A stretch of DNA of 64,000 nucleotides, taken from Eledone cirrhosa. Lineage: Eukaryota. The stretch spans positions 433,690,001 to 433,754,000 of the forward strand of contig OZ024740.1 in assembly GCA_964016885.1 (NCBI GenBank), given 5' to 3'. The position numbers and the translations under genes were made by a program. Positions within the stretch are counted from its first letter, which is position 1, and each line of letters starts with the position of its first letter. Below the pieces are notes generated by a model, which worked only from the letters and a program-made list of their open reading frames with translations, ran no database searches and was not told the origin of the DNA. Shown here in pieces: positions 42,401-54,480 of this stretch.

Positions 42401-45400
42401 ACCACCTAGTGTGTCAGTTGACCACCTAGTGTCAGTTGAACACCTAGTGTGTCAGTTGAACACCTTGTGTGTCAGTTGAACACCTAGTGTGTCAGTTGAC
42501 CTCCTAATGTGTCAGTTGAACACCTAGTGTGTCAGTTGACCACCTAGTGTGTCAGTTGACCACCTAGTGTGTCAGTTGACCACCTAGTGTGTCAGTGGAC
42601 CACCAAGTGTGTCAGTTGACCACCTAGTGTGTCAGTTGACCACCAAGTGTGTCAGTTGAACACCTAGTGTGTCAGTTGAACACCTAGTGTGTCAGTTGAC
42701 CACCTAGTGTGTCAGTTGAACACCTAGTGTGTCAGTTGAACACCTAGTGTGTCAGTTGAACACCTAGCGTGTCAGTTGACCACCAAGTATGTCAGTTGAC
42801 CACCTAGTGTGTCAGTTAACCACCTAGTGTGTCAGTTGAACACCTAGTGTGTCAGTTGACCACCAAGTGTGTCAGTTGACCACCAAGTGTGTCAGTTGAA
42901 CACCTAGTGTGTCAGTTGACCACCAAATGTGTCAGTTGACCACCTAGTGTGTCAGTTGACCACCTAGTGTGTCAGTTGACCACCAAGTGTGTCAGTTGAC
43001 CACCTAGTGTGTCAGTTGACCACCTAGTGTGTTAGTTGACCACCTAGTGTGTCAGTTGACCACCTAGTGTGTCAGTTGACCACCTAGTGTCAGTTGACCA
43101 CCTAATGTGTCAGTTGACCACCTAGTGTGTCAGTTGAACACCTAGTGTATCAGTTGACCACCTAGTGTGTCAGTTGAACACCTAGTGTGTCAGTTGACCA
43201 CCATGTGTGTGTCAGTTGACCACCTAGTGTGTCAGTTGACCACCTAGTGTCAGTTGAACACCTAGTGTGTCAGTTGAACACCTTGTGTGTCAGTTGAACA
43301 CCTAGTGTGTCAGTTGACCTCCTAATGTGTCAGTTGAACACCTAGTGTGTCAGTTGACCACCTAGTGTGTCAGTTGACCACCTAGTGTGTCAGTTGACCA
43401 CCTAGTGTGTCAGTGGACCACCAAGTGTGTCAGTTGACCACCTAGTGTGTCAGTTGACCACCAAGTGTGTCAGTTGAACACCTAGTGTGTCAGTTGAACA
43501 CCTAGTGTGTCAGTTGACCACCTAGTGTGTCAGTTGAACACCTAGTGTGTCAGTTGAACACCTAGTGTGTCAGTTGAACACCTAGCGTGTCAGTTGACCA
43601 CCAAGTATGTCAGTTGACCACCTAGTGTGTCAGTTAACCACCTAGTGTGTCAGTTGAACACCTAGTGTGTCAGTTGACCACCAAGTGTGTCAGTTGAACA
43701 CCAAGTGTGTCAGTTGAACACCTAGTGTGTCAGTTGACCACCTAGTGTGTCAGTTGACCACCTAGTGTGTCAGTTGACCACCTAGTGTCAGTTGACCACC
43801 TAGTGTGTCAGTTGACCACCAAGTGTGTCAGTTGAACACCTAGTGTGTCAGTTGAACACCTAGTGTGTCAGTTGAACACCTAGCGTGTCAGTTGACCACC
43901 AAGTGTGTCAGTTGACCACCTAGTGTGTCAGTTGACCACCTAGTGTGTCAGTTGACCACCTAGTGTGTCAGTTGAACACCTAGTGTGTCAGTTGACCACC
44001 ATGTGTGTCAGTTGACCACCAAGTGTGTCAGTTGACCACCTAGTGTGTCAGTTGAACACCTAGTGTGTCAGTTGAACACCTAGTGTCAGTTGAACACCTA
44101 GTGTGTCAGTTGACCACCTAGTGTGTCAGTTGACCACATAGTGTCAGTTGACCACCTAGTGTGTCAGTTGCCCACCAAGTGTGTCAGTTGACCACCTAGT
44201 GTCAGTTGACCACCTAGTGTGTCAGTTGAACACCTAGTGTGTCAGTTGAACACCTAGTGTCAGTTGACCACCTAGTGTGTCAGTTGACCACCAAGTGTGT
44301 CAGTTGACCACCTAGTGTGTCACTTGACCACCTAGTGTCAGTTGACCACCTAGTGTGTCAGTTGACCACCTAGTGTGTCAGTTGACCACCTAGTGTCAGT
44401 TGACAACCTAATGTGTCAGTTGACCACCTAGTGTGTCACTTGACCACCTAGTGTCAGTTGACCACCTAGTGTGTCAATTGACCACCTAGTGTGTCAGTTG
44501 ATCATCAAGTGTGTCAGTTGACCACCTAGTGTGTCAGTTGACCACCTAGTGTGTCAGTTGACAACCTAGTGTGTCAGTTGACCACCTAGTGTGTCAGTTG
44601 ACAACCTAGTGTGTCAGTTGACCACATAGTGCGTCAATTCACCACCTAGTGTGTCAGTTGAACACCTAGTGTCAGTTGACCACCTAGTTTGTCAGTTGAC
44701 CACCTAGTGTGTCAGTTGACAACCTAGTGTGTCAGTTGACAACCTAGTGTGTCAGTTGACCACCTAGTGTGTCAGTTGACAACCTAGTGTGTCAGTTGAC
44801 CACCTAGTGTCAGTTGACCACCTATTGTGTCAGTTGACCACCTAGTGTGTCAGTTGACCACCAAGTGTGTCAGTTGACCACCTAGTGTGTCAGTTGACAA
44901 CCTAGTGTGTCAGTTGACAACCTAGTGTGTCAGTTGACCACCTTGTGTGTCAGTTGACAACCTAGTGTGTCAGTTGACCACCTAGTATCAGTTGACCACC
45001 TATTGTGTCAGTTCACCACCTAGTGTGTCAGTTGACCACCAAGTGTGTCACTTGACCACCTAGTGTCAGTTGACCACCTATTGTGTCAATTGACCACCTA
45101 GTGTGTCAGTTGATCATCAAGTGTGTCAGTTGACCACCTAGTGTGTCAGTTGACCACCTAGTGTGTCAGTTGACAACCTAGTGTGTCAGTTGACCACCTA
45201 GTGTGTCAGTTGACAACCTAGTGTGTCAGTTGACCACCTAGTGCGTCAATTGACCACCTAGTGTGTCAGTTGAACACCTAGTGTGTCAGTTGACCACCTA
45301 GTTTGTCAGTTGACCACCTAGTGTGTCAGTTGACAACCTAGTGTGTCAGTTGACAACCTAGTGTGTCAGTTGACCACCTAGTGTGTCAGTTGATCATCAA

Positions 45401-46330
45401 GTGTGTTAGTTGACCACCTAGTGTGTTAGTTGACCACCTAGTGTGTAAGTTGACCACCAAGTGTATCAGTTGACAACCAAGTGTGTCAGTTGACCACCTA
45501 GTGTGTCAGTTGACCACCAAATGTGTCAGTTGACCACCTAGTGTGTCAGTTGACCACCTAGTGTGTCAGTTGACCACCAAGTGTGTCAGTTGACCACCTA
45601 GTGTGTCAGTTGACCACCTAGTGTGTTAGTTGACCACCTAGTGTGTCAGTTGACCACCTAGTGTGTCAGTTGACCACCTAGTGTCAGTTGACCACCTAAT
45701 GTGTCAGTTGACCACCTAGTGTGTCAGTTGAACACCTAGTGTATCAGTTGACCACCTAGTGTGTCAGTTGAACACCTAGTGTGTCAGTTGACCACCATGT
45801 GTGTGTCAGTTGACCACCTAGTGTGTCAGTTGACCACCTAGTGTCAGTTGAACACCTAGTGTGTCAGTTGAACACCTTGTGTGTCAGTTGAACACCTAGT
45901 GTGTCAGTTGACCTCCTAATGTGTCAGTTGAACACCTAGTGTGTCAGTTGACCACCTAGTGTGTCAGTTGACCACCTAGTGTGTCAGTTGACCACCTAGT
46001 GTGTCAGTGGACCACCAAGTGTGTCAGTTGACCACCTAGTGTGTCAGTTGACCACCAAGTGTGTCAGTTGAACACCTAGTGTGTCAGTTGAACACCTAGT
46101 GTGTCAGTTGACCACCTAGTGTGTCAGTTGAACACCTAGTGTGTCAGTTGAACACCTAGTGTGTCAGTTGAACACCTAGCGTGTCAGTTGACCACCAAGT
46201 ATGTCAGTTGACCACCTAGTGTGTCAGTTAACCACCTAGTGTGTCAGTTGAACACCTAGTGTGTCAGTTGACCACCAAGTGTGTCAGTTGACCACCAAGT
46301 GTGTCAGTTGAACACCTAGTGTGTCAGTTG
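39500..46330 (+). repeat. Tandem block duplication, period 3412 bp (junction about 42910)
   Basis: Offset 3412 for GTGGACCACCAAG (40001/43413 and 42595/46007) and CAATTCACC (41223/44635). Confidence 0.88.
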
Positions 46331-47139
46331 ACCACCTAGTGTGTCAGTTGACCACCTAGTGTGTCAGTTGACCACCTAGTGTCAGTTGACCACCTAGTGT
46401 GTCAGTTGACCACCAAGTGTGTCAGTTGAACACCTAGTGTGTCAGTTGAACACCTAGTGTGTCAGTTGAACACCTAGCGTGTCAGTTGACCACCAAGTGT
46501 GTCAGTTGACCACCTAGTGTGTCAGTTGACCACCTAGTGTGTCAGTTGACCACCTAGTGTGTCAGTTGAACACCTAGTGTGTCAGTTGACCACCAAGTGT
46601 GTCAGTTGACCACCAAGTGTGTCAGTTGACCACCTAGTGTGTCAGTTGAACACCTAGTGTGTCAGTTGAACACCTAGTGTCAGTTGAACACCTAGTGTGT
46701 CAGTTGACCACCTAGTGTGTCAGTTGACCACATAGTGTCAGTTGACCACCTAGTGTGTCAGTTGCCCACCAAGTGTGTCAGTTGACCACCTAGTGTCAGT
46801 TGACCACCTAGTGTGTCAGTTGAACACCTAGTGTGTCAGTTGAACACCTAGTGTGTCAGTTGAACACCTAGTGTGTCAGTTGACCACCTAGTGTGTCAGT
46901 TGAACACCTGGTGTGTCAGTTGACCACCAAGTGTGTCAGTTGACCACCAAGTGTGTCAGTTGACCACCTAGTGTGTCAGTTGAACACCTAGTGTCAGTTG
47001 AACACCTAGTGTGTCAGTTGAACACCTAGTGTCAGTTGACCACCTAGTGTCAGTTGACCACCTAGTGTGTCAGTTGACCACCTAGTGTGTCAGTTGACCA
47101 CCTACTGTGTCAGTTGACCACCTAGTGTGTCAGTTGACC

Positions 47140-50100
47140 ACCTAGTGTGTCAGTTTACCACCTAGTGTCAGTTGACCACCTAGTGTGTCAGTTGACCACC
47201 AAGTGTGTCAGTTGACCACTTAGTGTCAGTTGACCACCTAGTGTGTCAGTTGAACACCTAGTGTGTCAGTTGAACACCTAGTGTGTCAGTTGAACACCTA
47301 GTGTATCAGTTGACCACCTAGTGTGTCAGTTGAACCTCTAGTGTGTCAATTGACCACCTAGTGTGTCAGTTGAACACCTAGTGTTTCAGTTGACCAACTA
47401 GTGTGTCAGTTGACCACCTAGTGTGTCAGTTGACCACCTAGTGTATCAGTTGAACACCTAGTGTGTCAGTTGATCATCAAGTGTGTCAGTTGACCACCTA
47501 GTGTGTCAGTTGACCACCTAGTGTCAGTTGACCACCTAGTGTGTCAGTTGACCACCTAGTGTGTCAATTGACCACCTAGTGTGTCAGTTGACCACCTAGT
47601 GTGTCAGTTGACCACCTAGTGTGTCAGTTGACCACCTAGTGTGTCAGTTGACCACGAAGTGTATCAGTTGACCACCTAGTGTCAGTTGACCACCTAGTGT
47701 GTCAGTTGACCACCTAGTGTGTCAGTTGATCATCAAGTGTGTCAGTTGACCACCTAGTGTGTCAGTTGACCACCTAGTGTGTCAGTTGACCTCCAAGAGT
47801 GTCAGTTGACCACCAAATGTATCAGTTGAACACCTAGTGTGTCAGTTGAACACCTAGTGTGTCAGTTGACAACCTAGTGTGTCTGTTGACCACCTAGTGT
47901 GTCAGTTGAACACCAAGTGTGGCAGTTGACCAGCTAGTGTGTCAGTTGACAACCTAGTGTGTCAGTTGAACACCTAGTGTGTCAGTTGACCACCAAGTGT
48001 GTCAGTTGAACACCTAGTGTGTCAGTTGAACACCAAGTGTGTCAGTTGACCACCTAGTGTGTCAGTTGAACACCTAGTGTGTCAGTTGACCACCTAGTGT
48101 GTCAGTTGAACACCTAGTGTGTCAGTTGAACACCTAGTGTGTCAGTTGACCACCTAGTGTATCAGTTGATCATCAAGTGTGTTAGTTGACCACCTAGTGT
48201 GTCAGTTGACCACCTAGTGTGTCAGTTGACCACCAAATGTGTCAGTTGAAAACCAAGTGTGTCAGTTGACCACCTAGTGTGTCAGTTGACCACCAACTGT
48301 GTCAGTTGACCACCTAGTGTGTCAGTTGACAACCTAGTGTGTCAGTTGAACACCTCGTGTGTCAGTTGACCACCAAGTGTGTCAGTTGACCACCTAGTGT
48401 GTCAGTTGATCATCAAGTGTGTTAGTTGACCACCTAGTGTGTTAGTTGACCACCTAGTGTGTCAGTTGACCACCAAGTGTGTCAGTTGACAACCAAGTGT
48501 GTCAGTTGACCACCTAGTGTGTCAGTTGACCACCAAATGTGTCAGTTGACCACCTAGTGTGTCAGTTGACCAACAAGTGTGTCAGTTGACCACCTAGTGT
48601 GTTACTTGACCACCTAGTGTGTCAGTTGACCACCTAGTGTGTCAGTTGTCCACCTAGTGTGTCAGTTGACCACCTAGTGTCAGTTGACCACCTAGTGTGT
48701 CAGTTGACCACCTAGTGTGTCAGTTGACCACCTAGTGTGTCAGTTGACCACCTAGTGTGTCAATTGACCACCTAGTGTGTCAGTTGACCACCTAGTGCGT
48801 CAGTTGACCACCAAGTGTGTCAGTTGACAACTAGTGTGTCAGTTGACCACCTAGCGTGTCAGTTGACCACCTAGTGTGTCAGTTGACAACCTAGTGTGTT
48901 AGTTGACCACCTAATGTGTCAGTTGACCACCTAGTGTGTTAGTTGACCACCTAGTGTGTCAGTTGACCACCTAGTGTGTCAGTTGACAACCTAGTGTGTC
49001 AGTTGACAACCTAGTGTCAGTTGACCACCTATTGTTTCAGTTGACCACCTAGTGTGTCAGTTGACCACCAAGTGTGTCAGTTGACCACCTAGTGTGTCAG
49101 TTGACCACCTAGTGTGTCAGTTGACCACCTAGTGTGTCAGTTGACAACCTAGTGTGTCAGTTGACAACCTAGTGTGTCAGTTGACCACCTAGTGTGTCAG
49201 TTGACCACCTAGTGTGTCAGTTGACCACCAAGTGTGTCAGTTGACAACTAGTGTGTCAGTTGACCACCTAGTGTGTCAGTGTTGACCACCAAGTGTGTCA
49301 GTTGACCACCTAGTGTGTCAGTTGACAACCTAGTGTGTTAGTTGACCACCTAGTGTGTCAGTTGACCACCTAGTGTGTCAGTTGACCACCAAGTGTGTCA
49401 GTTGACCACCTAGTGTGTCACTTGACCACCTAGTGTCAGTTGACCACCTAGTGTGTCAGTTGACCACCTAGTGTGTCAGTTGACAACCTAATGTGTCAGT
49501 TGACCACCTAGTGTGTCAGTTGACAACCTAGTGTGTCAGGTGACCACCTAGTGTGTCAGTTGACCACCTAGTGTGTCAGTTTACCACCTAGTGCGTCAAT
49601 TGACCACCTAGTGTGTCAGTTGAACACCTAGTGTGTCAGTTGACCACCTAGTGTGTCAGTTGACCACCTAGTGTGTCAGTTGACAACCTAGTGTGTCAGT
49701 TGACAACCTAGTGTGTCAGTTGACCACCTAGTGTGTCAGTTGACCACCAAGTGTGTCAGTGTTGACCACCAAGTGTGTCAGTTGACCACCTAGTGTGTCA
49801 GTTGACAACCTAGTGCGTTAGTTGACCACCTAGTGTGTCAGTTGACCACCTAGTGTGTCAGTTGACCACCTAGTGTCAGTTGACCACCAATTGTGTCAGT
49901 TGACCACCAAGTGTGTCAGTTGAACACCTAGTGTGTCAGTTGACCACCTAGTGTGTCAGTTGACCACCTAGTGTGTCAGTTGACAACCTAGTGTGTCAGT
50001 TGACAACCTAGTGTGTTAGTTGACCACCTAGTGTGTCAGTTGACCACCAAGTGTGTCAGTTGACAACTAGTGTGTCAGTTGACCACCTAGTGTGTCAGTG

Positions 50101-51540
50101 TTGACCACCAAGTGTGTCAGTTGACCACCTAGTGTGTCAGTTGACAACCTAGTGTGTTAGTTGACCACCTAGTGTGTCAGTTGACCACCTAGTGTGTCAG
50201 TTGACCACCAAGTGTGTCAGTTGACCACCTAGTGTGTCACTTGACCACCTAGTGTCAGTTGACCACCTAGTGTGTCAGTTGACCACCTAGTGTGTCAGTT
50301 GACAACCTAATGTGTCAGTTGACCACCTAGTGTGTCAGTTGACAACCTAGTGTGTCAGTTGACCACCTAGTGTGTCAGTTGACCACCTAGTGTGTCAGTT
50401 TACCACCTAGTGCGTCAATTGACCACCTAGTGTGTCAGTTGAACACCTAGTGTGTCAGTTGACCACCTAGTGTGTCAGTTGACCACCTAGTGTATCAGTT
50501 GACAACCTAGTGTGTCAGTTGACAACCTAGTGTGTCAGTTGACCACCTAGTGTGTCAGTTGACCACCAAGTGTGTCAGTGTTGACCACCAAGTGTGTCAG
50601 TTGACCACCTAGTGTGTCAGTTGACAACCTAGTGCGTTAGTTGACCACCTAGTGTGTCAGTTGACCACCTAGTGTGTCAGTTGACCACCTAGTGTGTCAT
50701 TTGAACACCAATTGTGTCAGTTGACCACCAAGTGTGTCAGTTGACCACCTAGTGTGTCAGTTTACAACCTAGTGTGTCAGTTGACAACCTAGTGTGTCAG
50801 TTGACCACCTAGTGTCAGTTGACCACCTAGTGTGTCAGTTGACCACCAAGTGTGTCAGTTGACCACCTAGTGTGTCACTTGACCACCTAGTGTCAGTTGA
50901 CCACCTAGTGTGTCAGTTGACCACCTAGTGTGTCAGTTGACCACCTAGTGTCAGTTGACAACCTAATGTGTCAGTTGACCACCTAGTGTGTCACTTGACC
51001 ACCTAGTGTCAGTTGACCACCTAGTGTGTCAATTGACCACCTAGTGTGTCAGTTGATCATCAAGTGTGTCAGTTGACCACCTAGTGTGTCAGTTGACCAC
51101 CTAGTGTGTCAGTTGACAACCTAGTGTGTCAGTTGACCACCTAGTGTGTCAGTTGACAACCTAGTGTGTCAGTTGACCACATAGTGCGTCAATTGACCAC
51201 CTAGTGTGTCAGTTGAACACCTAGTGTCAGTTGACCACCTAGTTTGTCAGTTGACCACCTAGTGTGTCAGTTGACAACCTAGTGTGTCAGTTGACAACCT
51301 AGTGTGTCAGTTGACCACCTAGTGTGTCAGTTGACAACCTAGTGTGTCAGTTGACCACCTAGTGTCAGTTGACCACCTATTGTGTCAGTTGACCACCTAG
51401 TGTGTCAGTTGACCACCAAGTGTGTCAGTTGACCACCTAGTGCGTCAATTGACCACCTAGTGTGTCGGTTGAACACCTAGTGTGTCAGTTGACCACCTAG
51501 TTTGTCAGTTGACCACCTAGTGTGTCAGTTGACAACCTAG
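47140..51540 (+). repeat. Non-adjacent copy of block 34480-38880 (offset 12661 bp)
   Basis: Offset 12661 for GAACCTC (34671/47332), TCTGTTG (35221/47882), GTGTGTCATTTGAACACCAATT (38031/50692) and CGGTTGAAC (38805/51466). Confidence 0.9.
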
Positions 51541-54480
51541 TGTGTCAGTTGACCACCTATTGTGTCAGTTCACCACCTAGTGTGTCAGTTGACCACCAAG
51601 TGTGTCACTTGACCACCTAGTGTCAGTTGACCACCTATTGTGTCAATTGACCACCTAGTGTGTCAGTTGATCATCAAGTGTGTCAGTTGACCACCTAGTG
51701 TGTCAGTTGACCACCTAGTGTGTCAGTTGACAACCTAGTGTGTCAGTTGACCACCTAGTGTGTCAGTTGACAACCTAGTGTGTCAGTTGACCACCTAGTG
51801 CGTCAATTGACCACCTAGTGTGTCAGTTGAACACCTAGTGTGTCAGTTGACCACCTAGTTTGTCAGTTGACCACCTAGTGTGTCAGTGTTGACCACCAAG
51901 TGTGTCAGTTGACCACCTAGTGTGTCAGTTGACAACCTAGTGTGTTAGTTGACCACCTAGTGTGTCAGTTGACCACCTAGTGTGTCAGTTGACCACCAAG
52001 TGTGTCAGTTGACCACCTAGTGTGTCACTTGACCACCTAGTGTCAGTTGACCACCTAGTGTGTCAGTTGACCACCTAGTGTGTCAGTTGACAACCTAATG
52101 TGTCAGTTGACCACCTAGTGTGTCAGTTGACAACCTAGTGTGTCAGGTGACCACCTAGTGTGTCAGTTGACCACCTAGTGTGTCAGTTTACCACCTAGTG
52201 CGTCAATTGACCACCTAGTGTGTCAGTTGAACACCTAGTGTGTCAGTTGACCACCTAGTGTGTCAGTTGACCACCTAGTGTGTCAGTTGACAACCTAGTG
52301 TGTCAGTTGACAACCTAGTGTGTCAGTTGACCACCTAGTGTGTCAGTTGACCACCAAGTGTGTCAGTGTTGACCACCAAGTGTGTCAGTTGACCACCTAG
52401 TGTGTCAGTTGACAACCTAGTGCGTTAGTTGACCACCTAGTGTGTCAGTTGACCACCTAGTGTGTCAGTTGACCACCTAGTGTCAGTTGACCACCAATTG
52501 TGTCAGTTGACCACCAAGTGTGTCAGTTGAACACCTAGTGTGTCAGTTGACCACCTAGTGTGTCAGTTGACCACCTAGTGTGTCAGTTGACAACCTAGTG
52601 TGTCAGTTGACAACCTAGTGTGTTAGTTGACCACCTAGTGTGTCAGTTGACCACCAAGTGTGTCAGTTGACAACTAGTGTGTCAGTTGACCACCTAGTGT
52701 GTCAGTGTTGACCACCAAGTGTGTCAGTTGACCACCTAGTGTGTCAGTTGACAACCTAGTGTGTTAGTTGACCACCTAGTGTGTCAGTTGACCACCTAGT
52801 GTGTCAGTTGACCACCAAGTGTGTCAGTTGACCACCTAGTGTGTCACTTGACCACCTAGTGTCAGTTGACCACCTAGTGTGTCAGTTGACCACCTAGTGT
52901 GTCAGTTGACAACCTAATGTGTCAGTTGACCACCTAGTGTGTCAGTTGACAACCTAGTGTGTCAGTTGACCACCTAGTGTGTCAGTTGACCACCTAGTGT
53001 GTCAGTTTACCACCTAGTGCGTCAATTGACCACCTAGTGTGTCAGTTGAACACCTAGTGTGTCAGTTGACCACCTAGTGTGTCAGTTGACCACCTAGTGT
53101 ATCAGTTGACAACCTAGTGTGTCAGTTGACAACCTAGTGTGTCAGTTGACCACCTAGTGTGTCAGTTGACCACCAAGTGTGTCAGTGTTGACCACCAAGT
53201 GTGTCAGTTGACCACCTAGTGTGTCAGTTGACAACCTAGTGCGTTAGTTGACCACCTAGTGTGTCAGTTGACCACCTAGTGTGTCAGTTGACCACCTAGT
53301 GTGTCATTTGAACACCAATTGTGTCAGTTGACCACCAAGTGTGTCAGTTGACCACCTAGTGTGTCAGTTTACAACCTAGTGTGTCAGTTGACAACCTAGT
53401 GTGTCAGTTGACCACCTAGTGTCAGTTGACCACCTAGTGTGTCAGTTGACCACCAAGTGTGTCAGTTGACCACCTAGTGTGTCACTTGACCACCTAGTGT
53501 CAGTTGACCACCTAGTGTGTCAGTTGACCACCTAGTGTGTCAGTTGACCACCTAGTGTCAGTTGACAACCTAATGTGTCAGTTGACCACCTAGTGTGTCA
53601 CTTGACCACCTAGTGTCAGTTGACCACCTAGTGTGTCAATTGACCACCTAGTGTGTCAGTTGATCATCAAGTGTGTCAGTTGACCACCTAGTGTGTCAGT
53701 TGACCACCTAGTGTGTCAGTTGACAACCTAGTGTGTCAGTTGACCACCTAGTGTGTCAGTTGACAACCTAGTGTGTCAGTTGACCACATAGTGCGTCAAT
53801 TGACCACCTAGTGTGTCAGTTGAACACCTAGTGTCAGTTGACCACCTAGTTTGTCAGTTGACCACCTAGTGTGTCAGTTGACAACCTAGTGTGTCAGTTG
53901 ACAACCTAGTGTGTCAGTTGACCACCTAGTGTGTCAGTTGACAACCTAGTGTGTCAGTTGACCACCTAGTGTCAGTTGACCACCTATTGTGTCAGTTGAC
54001 CACCTAGTGTGTCAGTTGACCACCAAGTGTGTCAGTTGACCACCTAGTGCGTCAATTGACCACCTAGTGTGTCGGTTGAACACCTAGTGTGTCAGTTGAC
54101 CACCTAGTTTGTCAGTTGACCACCTAGTGTGTCAGTTGACAACCTAGTGTGTCAGTTGACCACCTATTGTGTCAGTTCACCACCTAGTGTGTCAGTTGAC
54201 CACCAAGTGTGTCACTTGACCACCTAGTGTCAGTTGACCACCTATTGTGTCAATTGACCACCTAGTGTGTCAGTTGATCATTAAGTGTGTCAGTTGACCA
54301 CCTAGTGTGTCAGTTGACCACCTAGTGTGTCAGTTGACAACCTAGTGTGTCAGTTGACCACCTAGTGTGTCAGTTGACAACCTAGTGTGTCAGTTGACCA
54401 CCTAGTGCGTCAATTGACCACCTAGTGTGTCAGTTGAACACCTAGTGTGTCAGTTGACCACCTAGTTTGTCAGTTGACCA
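49260..54480 (+). repeat. Tandem block duplication, period 2607 bp (junction about 51870)
   Basis: Offset 2607 for GTGTGTCATTTGAAC (50692/53299) and CGGTTGAAC (51466/54073). Confidence 0.88.
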
